In this document: one piece after another, positions 36,094 through 44,728 of the stretch
Position numbering within the stretch: position 1 is the first letter of the stretch
How the letters are laid out: each line of letters starts with the position of its first letter
DNA from: Candidatus Eiseniibacteriota bacterium
GTDB lineage: Bacteria; Eisenbacteria; RBG-16-71-46; SZUA-252
Assembly: GCA_005893165.1 (NCBI GenBank)
Contig: VBOR01000057.1
Location: 15,408-79,407, forward strand
Direction: 5' to 3'
Length of the DNA: 64,000 nt
The notes under the pieces: model-generated
Seen by the model: only the letters and a program-made list of their open reading frames with translations
Database searches by the model: none
Told to the model about the DNA's origin: nothing
Translations under genes and position numbers: made by a program

Positions 36094-37430
36094 GCGCCAC
36101 CACCCAGCGCACCATCCAGAAGCCCACTTCCTTCGAGGGCGTGGGACTCCACACGGGAGTGCCCTGCCGCGTGGAATTCCGTCCCGCCCCGCCCGACTCG
36201 GGGATCCGCTTCGTCCGCCTCGATCTTCCGGGCTCCCCGGAGATTCCCGTGTCTCCCCGCTACGCGCGCGCCGATACCGCCGAGATGCGCCGCACGATCT
36301 TGAAGGCGGGGGACGCGGAAGTGCACACCGTGGAGCACATCCTCGCGGCGGCCGCGGGGCTCGAGATCGACAATCTCGTGATCGCCCTGACCGCCAAGGA
36401 GCCCGCCGAGCCGCGCGACGGGAGCGCCGCGCCTTACGTGCGGATGTTCCAGGAAGCGGGAATCGTGGATCAGGGAGTGCCCCGGCATTATTTCCGCGTG
36501 AGCGAGCCGGTGCGCTACGAGGAGGACGGGGTGGTCCTGGTGGCGTTGCCGCACGACGGTCTGCGGATCGACTTCACGATCGAATACGACAACGCCTACC
36601 TCGGCACCCAGCATGCGACCTACGACATCGACAAGGACGTCTTCGTGAAGGAGATCGCGCCCGCCAGAACCTTCGTGCTCCAGCGCGACGTGGACGCGCT
36701 TCGCGCGCGGGGGATGATCCTGGGGGGCACCCTCCAGAACGCCGTCGTGGTCCAGCCGAAGGGAATCCTGAACCAGGAGCCCTTGCGCTTCGAGAACGAG
36801 TTCGTGCGGCACAAGATCCTCGATTTCCTGGGGGATCTCTACCTGCTCGGCCGCCCCGCCCTGGGGCATTTCGTCTCGATCAAGTCGGGACACGCGACCA
36901 ACGTGCGCTTCGTCCAGCGCCTCGCCGCGACGGAGCGTCTCGAGAGCGCCGTGCGCTCCGGGATGGGGAACGGGAACCCCGGACCCCTCCAGCTCGACAT
37001 CACGGCGATCATGAAGATCATGCCGCACCGGTATCCGTTCCTCCTCATCGACCGCATCCTGAGCCTGGAGGAGAACCGGGTCGTCGGGATCAAGAACGTC
37101 ACGATCAACGAGCCCTTTTTCGTCGGACACTTCCCCGGCCACCCCATCATGCCCGCGGTGCTCATCATCGAGGCGATGGCCCAATGTGGCGGGGTCCTGC
37201 TCATGAACAGCAACGCGGTGGATAACCCGAAGGAGAAGCTGGTGTACTTCATCGGAATCGACCGGGCCAAGTTCCGGAAACCGGTCCGGCCGGGAGACCA
37301 GCTTCGATTCGAGCTCACGCTCCTTCGCCTGAAATCACGGATCTGCAAAATGGAGGGGAAGGCCTACGTCGATGGAGACCTCGTCGCGGAAGCAGAGCTT
37401 CTCTCAAGCATTGTCGATCGCGATTCCTGA
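36090..37430 (+). CDS. lpxC: Bifunctional UDP-3-O-acyl-GlcNAc deacetylase / 3-hydroxyacyl-ACP dehydratase (LpxC-FabZ fusion)
   Basis: LpxC domain (about 300 aa, HTVEHIL, HKILDFLGDL) fused to a FabZ hot-dog domain (FFVGHFPGHPIMP...). Confidence 0.9.
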   Translation: MSATTQRTIQKPTSFEGVGLHTGVPCRVEFRPAPPDSGIRFVRLDLPGSPEIPVSPRYARADTAEMRRTILKAGDAEVHTVEHILAAAAGLEIDNLVIALTAKEPAEPRDGSAAPYVRMFQEAGIVDQGVPRHYFRVSEPVRYEEDGVVLVALPHDGLRIDFTIEYDNAYLGTQHATYDIDKDVFVKEIAPARTFVLQRDVDALRARGMILGGTLQNAVVVQPKGILNQEPLRFENEFVRHKILDFLGDLYLLGRPALGHFVSIKSGHATNVRFVQRLAATERLESAVRSGMGNGNPGPLQLDITAIMKIMPHRYPFLLIDRILSLEENRVVGIKNVTINEPFFVGHFPGHPIMPAVLIIEAMAQCGGVLLMNSNAVDNPKEKLVYFIGIDRAKFRKPVRPGDQLRFELTLLRLKSRICKMEGKAYVDGDLVAEAELLSSIVDRDS

Positions 37431-37461
37431 GGCGGACGGACTCACCGGCACCTGGGCACGG

Positions 37462-38277
37462 GTGCCGGGGACGGTGGTCCCGTTCCCCGAGCTCCTCGAT
37501 ACCCGGCCCGCGGTCCATCCGACCGCGATCGTCGCGAAGGGAGCGGAGCTGGGACCGGGGGTGGTCATCGGACCCTTCGCCTACGTCGGACCGAGGGTGA
37601 GGCTGGGCGAGGGCACGCAGGTCGGGCTCCACGCCATCCTCGAGGGAAGGACGACGCTCGGCCCGCGCTGCCAGGTGCATCACGGGGCCGTGATCGGAAA
37701 CATTCCGCAAGACTTGAAATATCGCGGCGCCCCGAGCGAGGTGGTCATCGGGCACGATACGGTCATCCGCGAGTACGCCACCGTCCACGCCGCCACCGAG
37801 GAGCACGAATCCACGATCGTCGGCGATCACGTCCTTCTCATGGCCTACGCGCACATCGCGCACAATTGTCGCATCGGAAACCACGTGATCCTCGCGAACG
37901 CGGTCAACCTCGCGGGACACGTCCGCGTGGACGATTACGCCATCATCGGCGGCATGACGCCGGTGCACCAGTTCGTGACCATCGGTTGCCACGCCTTCGT
38001 GGGAGGCGGGTCACGGGTGCCTCAGGACGTGCCTCCGTACGTGAAGGCGGCCGGCAATCCGCTCCGCGCGTGCGGCCTCAACTCGATCGGAATGGACCGC
38101 CGCGGCATTCCCGCGGAGGTCCGGCTGGAGCTGAAGCGCGCCTACCGCGTTCTCTACCGCTCGCAGCTCAACGTGGCCCAGGCGCTCTCGAAGATCGCGC
38201 GAGACCTGAAACCGTACCCCGAGATCCATGAGCTCGTCGAGTTCGTGCGCAGCTCGGAGCGAGGCATCGTGCGGTGA
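37462..38277 (+). CDS. lpxA: UDP-N-acetylglucosamine O-acyltransferase
   Basis: VHPTAIV...hexapeptide repeats...C-terminal helical domain; GTG start. Confidence 0.9.
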   Translation: MPGTVVPFPELLDTRPAVHPTAIVAKGAELGPGVVIGPFAYVGPRVRLGEGTQVGLHAILEGRTTLGPRCQVHHGAVIGNIPQDLKYRGAPSEVVIGHDTVIREYATVHAATEEHESTIVGDHVLLMAYAHIAHNCRIGNHVILANAVNLAGHVRVDDYAIIGGMTPVHQFVTIGCHAFVGGGSRVPQDVPPYVKAAGNPLRACGLNSIGMDRRGIPAEVRLELKRAYRVLYRSQLNVAQALSKIARDLKPYPEIHELVEFVRSSERGIVR

Positions 38278-39242
38278 TCCGCCTTCGCGCGGGGGTGGTC
38301 GGGGTCGGACACCTCGGCAGCCACCACGCGCGCGCGTGGTCCAAAACCAAGGATGCCGTGCTCTCCGGAGGGTTCGATCCCGATCCCTCAGCGAGGGCGC
38401 GCGCCGCCCGCGAGCTCAAGCTCCCGATGTTCGATACGCTCGAGGAGCTGCTCGACCGCGTGGACGTCGTCTCGATCGCGGCGCCCACGCCCCAGCATCA
38501 CGAGCTCACCCTGACCTGCCTGGGCCGCGGCCTTCACGTGCTCGTGGAAAAGCCGATGGCGGCCACCGTGACGGAGGGAAGTTCCATGCTGGCGGCGGCC
38601 CGTGCGGGCTGACGCGCGCTCTTCGTGGGCCAGGTCGAACGCTTCAACCCCGCTGTCCAGGCGTCCCGCCCCCATCTCAAAGCGCCGCGATTCATCGAGG
38701 CGCACCGGCTCGCCCCGATCGTGCCCCGCGGCATCGACGTGGACGTGATCCTGGATCTCATGATCCACGACCTGGATCTGGCGCTCTGGCTCACGAGGTC
38801 GCGGGTAATCGAGGTGCACGCCGTGGGGGTCCCGGTGCTGACGCCGCGCATCGACATCGCGAACGCGCGACTCACGTTCGCGAGCGGCTGCGTGGCGAAC
38901 CTGACCGCGAGCCGCGTCTCCCGCGAGAAAATACGCAAGATTCGCTTCTTCGAGACGAACGAGTACCTCTCGATCGATTGCCTGAACCGGAGCGTCGAGG
39001 CGTACACGCTCGCGCCCTCCGGCTCCGAGGCTCCCACGGACCTTCTCAAGCGGATCCGGCCGCTCCGGATCCAGGTCGAGACACGAGACCCCCTCGAGTC
39101 GGAGCTCACCCATTTCCTGGCGCTCTCGCGCGAGCCGGAGGCCTCCTGGGAGGAGGCCGAAGTCGCGCTGGAGGCGCTTCGGGTCGCGGAGGAAGTGCGG
39201 GCGCAGGCGCTGCGAAATCTCCCGCTGGACCTGCCGGTCTGA
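38274..39242 (+). pseudogene. Gfo/Idh/MocA oxidoreductase (GnnA-like position between lpxA and lpxB) interrupted by an in-frame TGA at 38610-38612
   Basis: ORF 38274..38612 and ORF 38625..39242 share one frame: ...MLAAARAG*RALFVGQVERFNPA; Rossmann GVVGVGHLGSHHA; EKP. Confidence 0.7.
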
Positions 39243-40414
39243 AATTTCCCTTTCTCATCGTTTCGGCGGGCGAGCCCTCCGGGGACCGCCTCGGAGCCGA
39301 GCTCCTCGAGGGGCTCCGGGCCCGTGGGATCTCCTTCGAGGCCGCCGGCATCGGCGGACCCAAGCTTCGCGCGGCCGGGCTCACCACGGTCGTTCCCATG
39401 GAATCGGTCGCGGTGATGGGATTCGCCTCCATCCTGGGTCGCCTTCCCGAGATCCGGCGGGCGCGCGGCGAGATCGTCCGTCTCCTCGAGGCACATCCCG
39501 AGGCGATCTTCCTTCCCATCGACTCGCCGGGGCTTCATCTGGGGCTGGCGCGCACGGCCCGGAGCCTGGGCCGCCGCGTGGTCTACTATGTGTGCCCGCA
39601 GATCTGGGCGTGGGGAGGAGGCCGCATCCGGCGCCTGAAACAGGACGTGGATCTCACGCTGCTTCTCTTTCGCTTCGAGTCGGAGCTCCTCGCGAAGGAG
39701 GGAGTACCGGCCCGCTGGGTGGGTCACCCCGCCGGAGCGCTCCGCCCCGACCCGTCCCGCCGCGCAGAGCTCCGGAAGGCGCTGGGGATCGGTCCGGGCG
39801 AGCGGCTGGTGTCGCTCCTCCCGGGGAGCCGGCTCGAGGAGGTGCGCCGTCATCTCGTGCCGATGCTGGACGGCGCGGCCCGCGTCGCCGCCCATTCCGG
39901 GGCGCGCGTGCGCGTGGCGGTGAGCGACGCCGGACCGGTGGATGAGGCGATCCGGGACCCGGTCGTGCGCCGTGCATGGAGCGCCCTTCTTCCCATCCAC
40001 TGGCGCGAGGACGCGAAGGACCTCTTGCGGGCGGCGGATGCCGCCGTGGTTGCTTCGGGGACGGCGACCCTCGAGACCGCGGCGCTCCAGGTGCCTCAGG
40101 TGATCGTGTACCGGACAGGCTGGCTCAATTACGAGATCGCGCGCCGACTCGTGCGCGTGCCTTCGATCGGGCTCGCGAATCTCGTCGCGGGGGGGAAGAT
40201 CGCTCCCGAGCTGATCCAGGGGCAGGCGGTGGGGTCGCGCATCGGGGCGGAGCTCGCGAAGCTCCTGGCGGACGACGCCGCGCGCGGGGCCCAGCTCCGC
40301 GGATTCGCCTCGATCCCGGAGCGCCTCGGCGGGGAGGGATCGGCCGGGCGCGCCGCGGAGGCGCTCATCGAATTCGCGGGGCGGGTGCCCGCCGGCCGGA
40401 AGCGCTGCGCGTGA
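39239..40414 (+). CDS. lpxB: Lipid-A-disaccharide synthase; no ATG/GTG/TTG upstream of the GE.SGD motif (only CTG)
   Basis: LKFPFLIVSAGEPSGD (E. coli LTIALVAGETSGD), collinear to the C-terminus. Confidence 0.8.
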   Translation: MKFPFLIVSAGEPSGDRLGAELLEGLRARGISFEAAGIGGPKLRAAGLTTVVPMESVAVMGFASILGRLPEIRRARGEIVRLLEAHPEAIFLPIDSPGLHLGLARTARSLGRRVVYYVCPQIWAWGGGRIRRLKQDVDLTLLLFRFESELLAKEGVPARWVGHPAGALRPDPSRRAELRKALGIGPGERLVSLLPGSRLEEVRRHLVPMLDGAARVAAHSGARVRVAVSDAGPVDEAIRDPVVRRAWSALLPIHWREDAKDLLRAADAAVVASGTATLETAALQVPQVIVYRTGWLNYEIARRLVRVPSIGLANLVAGGKIAPELIQGQAVGSRIGAELAKLLADDAARGAQLRGFASIPERLGGEGSAGRAAEALIEFAGRVPAGRKRCA

Positions 40415-41688
40415 TGCCGATGGGTCTCCTGGCGTACCGGGGCGCCGCGGCGCTCACCGGATGGTGCGCTCCGCTCCTCCGCGGCTTCGGCGCTCGCGGG
40501 AGCGCCTGGCGCTCCGCCTGGAGCGGCGCCACGTCCGATCTCGCCGCGGCGTCCGGAAGCGTCTGGGTCCACGCCGCCTCGATGGGAGAAGTGGTGGCGG
40601 CCCGCACCTGGATCCAGGCGCTTCTCGACTCCGGACACCGCGCGCCGATCCTCCTCACGACCCGCACCTCGCGCGGCCTCGCGCGCGCCCGGCGCGAGCT
40701 CACGGACCGCGTGGTCGGGCGGATCGCGCCCCTCGATCTTCCGCAGCTCCTGCGCTCCTTTCTCGAGGGCGCGGCGCCCTGGCGTCTGGACGTGGTGGAG
40801 ACCGAGCTCTGGCCGCACCTCATTCTGGAATCCCGGAGGCGAAACGTGGCCGTGGTCTTCCTGAGCGCGACCGTCTCCGAGCGGACGCGCGCACGGCTCC
40901 TCCGCTGGGGCCTCGCGGGCCCGGGCGTCTTCGGAGAGGGCGTGTGGGTGCTCGCGCAATCGGAGCGGAACGCGGAACGGTTCCGATCGCTCGGCGTGCC
41001 CTCCTCGCGCATCGCGGTGACGGGGGACCTCAAGGCGGAGCCGCCGGTCAAGACCGCTTCGCGGGACCCGGCCGCGCGCCCCGGAGTCGTGTTCGGAAGC
41101 CTGCGGCCGGGAGAGGAGGATCTGGCGCTCGCGCTCGCGCGTCGCGTGGGGTTCGACGGCGGACGCGCGCTCGTCGTGGCGCCGCGCCACGAAGAGGGTC
41201 TGGCGCGCGTGCTCGGGGCGCTCGAGCGCGCCGGGATTCCGCGTGTGGTGCGGCGCGAGACCGACCGCGGGACCGAAGCCCTGGGGGACTGGATCGCCGG
41301 GCTGGCCGCAGGGACCCCGCGCGTCGGGATCCTTGCGACCCAGGGGGAGCTTCCCCTGGCCTACGAATCGGCTGCCGTGGCGATCGTGGGCGGGACGTTC
41401 GCCCCGTACGGGGGGCACAACGCGCTGGAGCCCGCCGCGCGCGGGGCGGCCATCGTGGTCGGTCCGCACGCGGAGGGAATCCAGGAGAGCGTCGATTCGC
41501 TCGCCCGCGAGGGTGCGCTTCTCTCGGCGCCGGGGGTGGAGGCTGCGGCCGAGTCGGTCGGATCGCTCCTCCGGGACCCCGAGGCCCTCCGGCGCATGGG
41601 GCAGGGGGCGGTTCGCGCCGCCTCGGCCGCATCGGAGTCGGCGCGGCGCTCGCTCGAGGCGATCGAGCGGTTCGGGCTGAATCCGTGA
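40414..41688 (+). CDS. waaA: 3-deoxy-D-manno-octulosonic acid transferase
   Basis: Glycos_transf_N-type N-domain with WVHAASMGEV; TGATG overlap with the lpxB stop. Confidence 0.85.
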   Translation: MPMGLLAYRGAAALTGWCAPLLRGFGARGSAWRSAWSGATSDLAAASGSVWVHAASMGEVVAARTWIQALLDSGHRAPILLTTRTSRGLARARRELTDRVVGRIAPLDLPQLLRSFLEGAAPWRLDVVETELWPHLILESRRRNVAVVFLSATVSERTRARLLRWGLAGPGVFGEGVWVLAQSERNAERFRSLGVPSSRIAVTGDLKAEPPVKTASRDPAARPGVVFGSLRPGEEDLALALARRVGFDGGRALVVAPRHEEGLARVLGALERAGIPRVVRRETDRGTEALGDWIAGLAAGTPRVGILATQGELPLAYESAAVAIVGGTFAPYGGHNALEPAARGAAIVVGPHAEGIQESVDSLAREGALLSAPGVEAAAESVGSLLRDPEALRRMGQGAVRAASAASESARRSLEAIERFGLNP

Positions 41689-42676
41689 GAGGGATCGCGG
41701 GAGTGTTCGAGCGCTCCTGGTCCGGGGAGCCGGGCACCCTCGCGTGGACCCGGCTCCTGATTCCGGCGGCGTCGGTGTACGCGATCGCCTCAGGGGCCGC
41801 GCGCCGCCGCGCTTCCGCGAGGAGGCGCGACCTTCCCGGCGCGTACGTCATCGCGGTGGGGAACCTGACCGTGGGGGGCGCCGGGAAGAGCACGATCGCG
41901 CGATGGCTCGCGCTCGAGCGCACCGGATCGCGCTCCCCCGGGAGATCGCGGTCGCCGCGGATCCAGACCGCCGGCGCGCCGCCCAGGCCGCGAAGGATGG
42001 ATACGGGGCGGCGGTCCTCGTGCTCGACGACGGGTGGGAGCAATCGAGGCTCCGCTGGAACGAGCTCTGGGTCGCGCTCGATCCCCGGCGGCCGGCGGGG
42101 AATGGATTCCTTCTCCCGGCCGGGCCCCTCCGGCGCCCGGTGGCGACGCTTCGAGAGGCGAGCCGTATCGTATTCCTCCTCGAGGAAGAGGGCGAGGAGG
42201 TGCCGTCCGGGACGCTGAGCTGGGCGGATCGCACCGCGCCCGGAGTGCCGCGCCTCCGTGTTCTGCGCACGCTCCTGGGAACGGGGCCGCTCGGCGCGCG
42301 CCGGGGCGCCGCGGGCGCGCCGCGCGCGGTGGATGCGATTCGCAGAGGCGACAAGGTCGGGCTTCTTTCCGGGATCGGATCGCCGCAGCGGCTGACGCGC
42401 TTCGTCGCGGGCGCGGGCGTGGACGTGAGATTTCACGCCGCGTTCCCCGACCACGCCCGGTGGCGCGGACCGGAGCTTCTCGCCGCGGTTCGGCGCGCGA
42501 GGTCCGCCGGGGCCGAGTCCGTATGGATCACGGAAAAGGACGAGCCGCGCTGGCCGCGCGATCTTCGCCTGGACCTGCCGGTGCGCGTCATCCGCACCGG
42601 GCTCAGGCCGCTGGATCCGGTCGAGGACGCCCTTCGCCCGCTCCGGGCGGCCGTGGCCGTGGGGCCACCGAGATGA
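41685..42676 (+). pseudogene. lpxK: Tetraacyldisaccharide 4'-kinase, disrupted: frame change near 41915-41935, about 40 codons missing (RGYGG... region)
   Basis: Frame 0 VFERSWSGEPG...VGNLTVGGAGKSTIARWLALERTG; frame 2 resumes REIAVAADPDRRRAAQ...VLVLDDGWEQ...GNGFLLPAGPLR. Confidence 0.75.
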
Positions 42677-44304
42677 AGCGCACGGTGAAGAAAGAAACGG
42701 ACGTTCTGGTCATCGGGAGCGGCGTCGCGGGGCTTTCGGCCGCGCTCCACGCGGCCCGGTTCGCGCGCGTGCTGGTCGTGACGAAGCGCGAGGGACACGA
42801 GTCCAACACGAACTACGCGCAGGGCGGAATCGCGGCGCCGCTGGGCGAGGACGACCGGCCCGAGATCCACGAGCGCGACACCCTGGTCTGCGGCGCCGGT
42901 CTCTGCGACCCCGAATCCGTGCGCGTGCTCGTGGAGGAGGGCTCGGGAGAGATCGCGCACCTGGTCTCGCTCGGGGTGCGCTTCGACCGAGACCCCAAGA
43001 CCCCGGGAGCCCTCGCGCTCGGGCAGGAAGGGGGACATTCGCGCCGGCGCATCGTCCACGCGAAGGACCGCACCGGCCGGGCCGTGGAGTCGACGCTCCT
43101 GGATCAGGTGCGGAAGCACCCCAAGATCTCCATCCTCGAGAACCACATCATGGTGGATCTCATCCTGGAATCGAAGCATCTCGCGGGACGAAAGCGGGCA
43201 CCGCAGCGCGACCGCGTCTGGGGAGCCTACGTGCTCGACCGGGGCCGCGGCTCGATCCGCCCGCTCGCGGCGCGCGCCACCGTGCTCGCCACCGGCGGTG
43301 CGGGAAAGGCGTACCTCTACACGACGAATCCCGACATCGCGACCGGGGACGGGCTGGCGGCCGCGTTCCGCGCGGGCGCGCCCGTCGCGAACCTCGAGTT
43401 CATCCAGTTCCATCCCACGTGCCTCTTCCACCCGGACGCCAAGTCCTTCCTCATCTCGGAAGCGGTGCGCGGTGAAGGCGCAAAGCTCCTGACCGCGGAC
43501 GGGAAGCCCTTCATGCACCGCTACCACCGCCTGAACGAGCTGGCCCCGCGGGACGTGGTCGCCCGCGCCATCGACGCCGAGATGAAGCGGCGCGGCGACA
43601 AGTTCGTGCTCCTGGATCTCGCGCGTCTGGGGAAGCGCCTCCTGCTCCGGCGATTTCCCCACATCACGAGCCGCATTCTCGAGTTCGGGTACGACGTGTT
43701 CCACGATCCGATTCCCGTGGTGCCCGCGGCGCACTACATCTGCGGCGGCGTCGTCACCGATCTGGACGGGCGCACTGCGATTCCGGGGCTCTACGCGTGC
43801 GGCGAGGTGGCCTGCACGGGAGTCCATGGCGCGAACCGCCTCGCCTCGAACTCCCTCCTCGAGGCGCTCGTGTTCGCGCGGCGCACGGGGCGCGCGGTGC
43901 TGCATCAGCTCCTCGTGGAAGGACGCGCCCGGACGCCCCGGCTCCCGGCCTGGAGAACCAATGGAGCGGTCACGCCGAAGGAGCAGGTGATCTTCGACCA
44001 CAATTGGGATGCGCTGCGAAGGGTCCTATGGGACTATATGGGCATCGTCCGCAGCGACGAGCGGCTGAAACGGGCGGCCACCACGGTCGGATTGCTGCGC
44101 GATCAGATCGAGCGCGACTACTGGAGCTACCGGCTCGACAGCGACCTGGTCGAGCTTCGCAACATCGGTCTCGTGGCCGATCTCATGGTGGCATGCGCGC
44201 TGAGGCGGAAGGAAAGTCGCGGGCTGCACTACAACGTGGATCATCCTCGGACCCTCGATTCGTTTCGGAACGACACCACGCTCACCCGTCGGGATGTACG
44301 CTGA
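42673..44304 (+). CDS. nadB: L-aspartate oxidase
   Basis: FAD-binding DVLVIGSGVAGL, YAQGGIAA, RHSRR-type active site, collinear with NadB. Confidence 0.9.
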   Translation: MKRTVKKETDVLVIGSGVAGLSAALHAARFARVLVVTKREGHESNTNYAQGGIAAPLGEDDRPEIHERDTLVCGAGLCDPESVRVLVEEGSGEIAHLVSLGVRFDRDPKTPGALALGQEGGHSRRRIVHAKDRTGRAVESTLLDQVRKHPKISILENHIMVDLILESKHLAGRKRAPQRDRVWGAYVLDRGRGSIRPLAARATVLATGGAGKAYLYTTNPDIATGDGLAAAFRAGAPVANLEFIQFHPTCLFHPDAKSFLISEAVRGEGAKLLTADGKPFMHRYHRLNELAPRDVVARAIDAEMKRRGDKFVLLDLARLGKRLLLRRFPHITSRILEFGYDVFHDPIPVVPAAHYICGGVVTDLDGRTAIPGLYACGEVACTGVHGANRLASNSLLEALVFARRTGRAVLHQLLVEGRARTPRLPAWRTNGAVTPKEQVIFDHNWDALRRVLWDYMGIVRSDERLKRAATTVGLLRDQIERDYWSYRLDSDLVELRNIGLVADLMVACALRRKESRGLHYNVDHPRTLDSFRNDTTLTRRDVR

Positions 44305-44305
44305 T

Positions 44306-44701
44306 ATGGCGGCTGATCTGGAAACGGCGCTGCTGGACGTGGCGCAGAAGTACGGGCGGTACAAGCCCAACGCGTACCGGTTCACGCTCGACGCGGTTCA
44401 CTTCACCGTCAAGGGGGTCGGGCACAGCGGTCACGTGAGCGGCGTGGAGCTCCTGGAGGGCATCCGGCGGCTCGCCCTGGAGCGTTTCGGTCCCATGGCC
44501 AAGACGGTCTTCGAGCAGTGGGGGATCGCGATCACCGAGGATTTCGGCCACATCGTGTTCCAGCTCGTGGACGAGGGGCTTCTCGGCAAGACCGAGCAGG
44601 ACAAACTGAGCGATTTCGCGCGCGGGTACGACTTCAACGAGGCGTTCGTGCAGAATTTCGACTGGCTCGGCCGCATCACCGATTCGAGTGACGCCACCTA
44701 G
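44306..44701 (+). CDS. Conserved hypothetical cytoplasmic protein (about 130 aa)
   Basis: ORF with ATG 1 nt after the nadB stop; no recognisable catalytic motif. Confidence 0.45.
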   Translation: MAADLETALLDVAQKYGRYKPNAYRFTLDAVHFTVKGVGHSGHVSGVELLEGIRRLALERFGPMAKTVFEQWGIAITEDFGHIVFQLVDEGLLGKTEQDKLSDFARGYDFNEAFVQNFDWLGRITDSSDAT

Positions 44702-44728
44702 CATGGCCCCCCGGATGACCTCCCTGCC

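Noticed and set aside
38610-38612. In-frame TGA as selenocysteine or a reassigned codon
   Set aside because: TGA is demonstrably a stop here (purM, lolD, mcsB, lpxC, waaA and others end on TGA with overlapping ATGA/GTGA restarts). No SECIS-like hairpin follows, and the position is not a redox residue.
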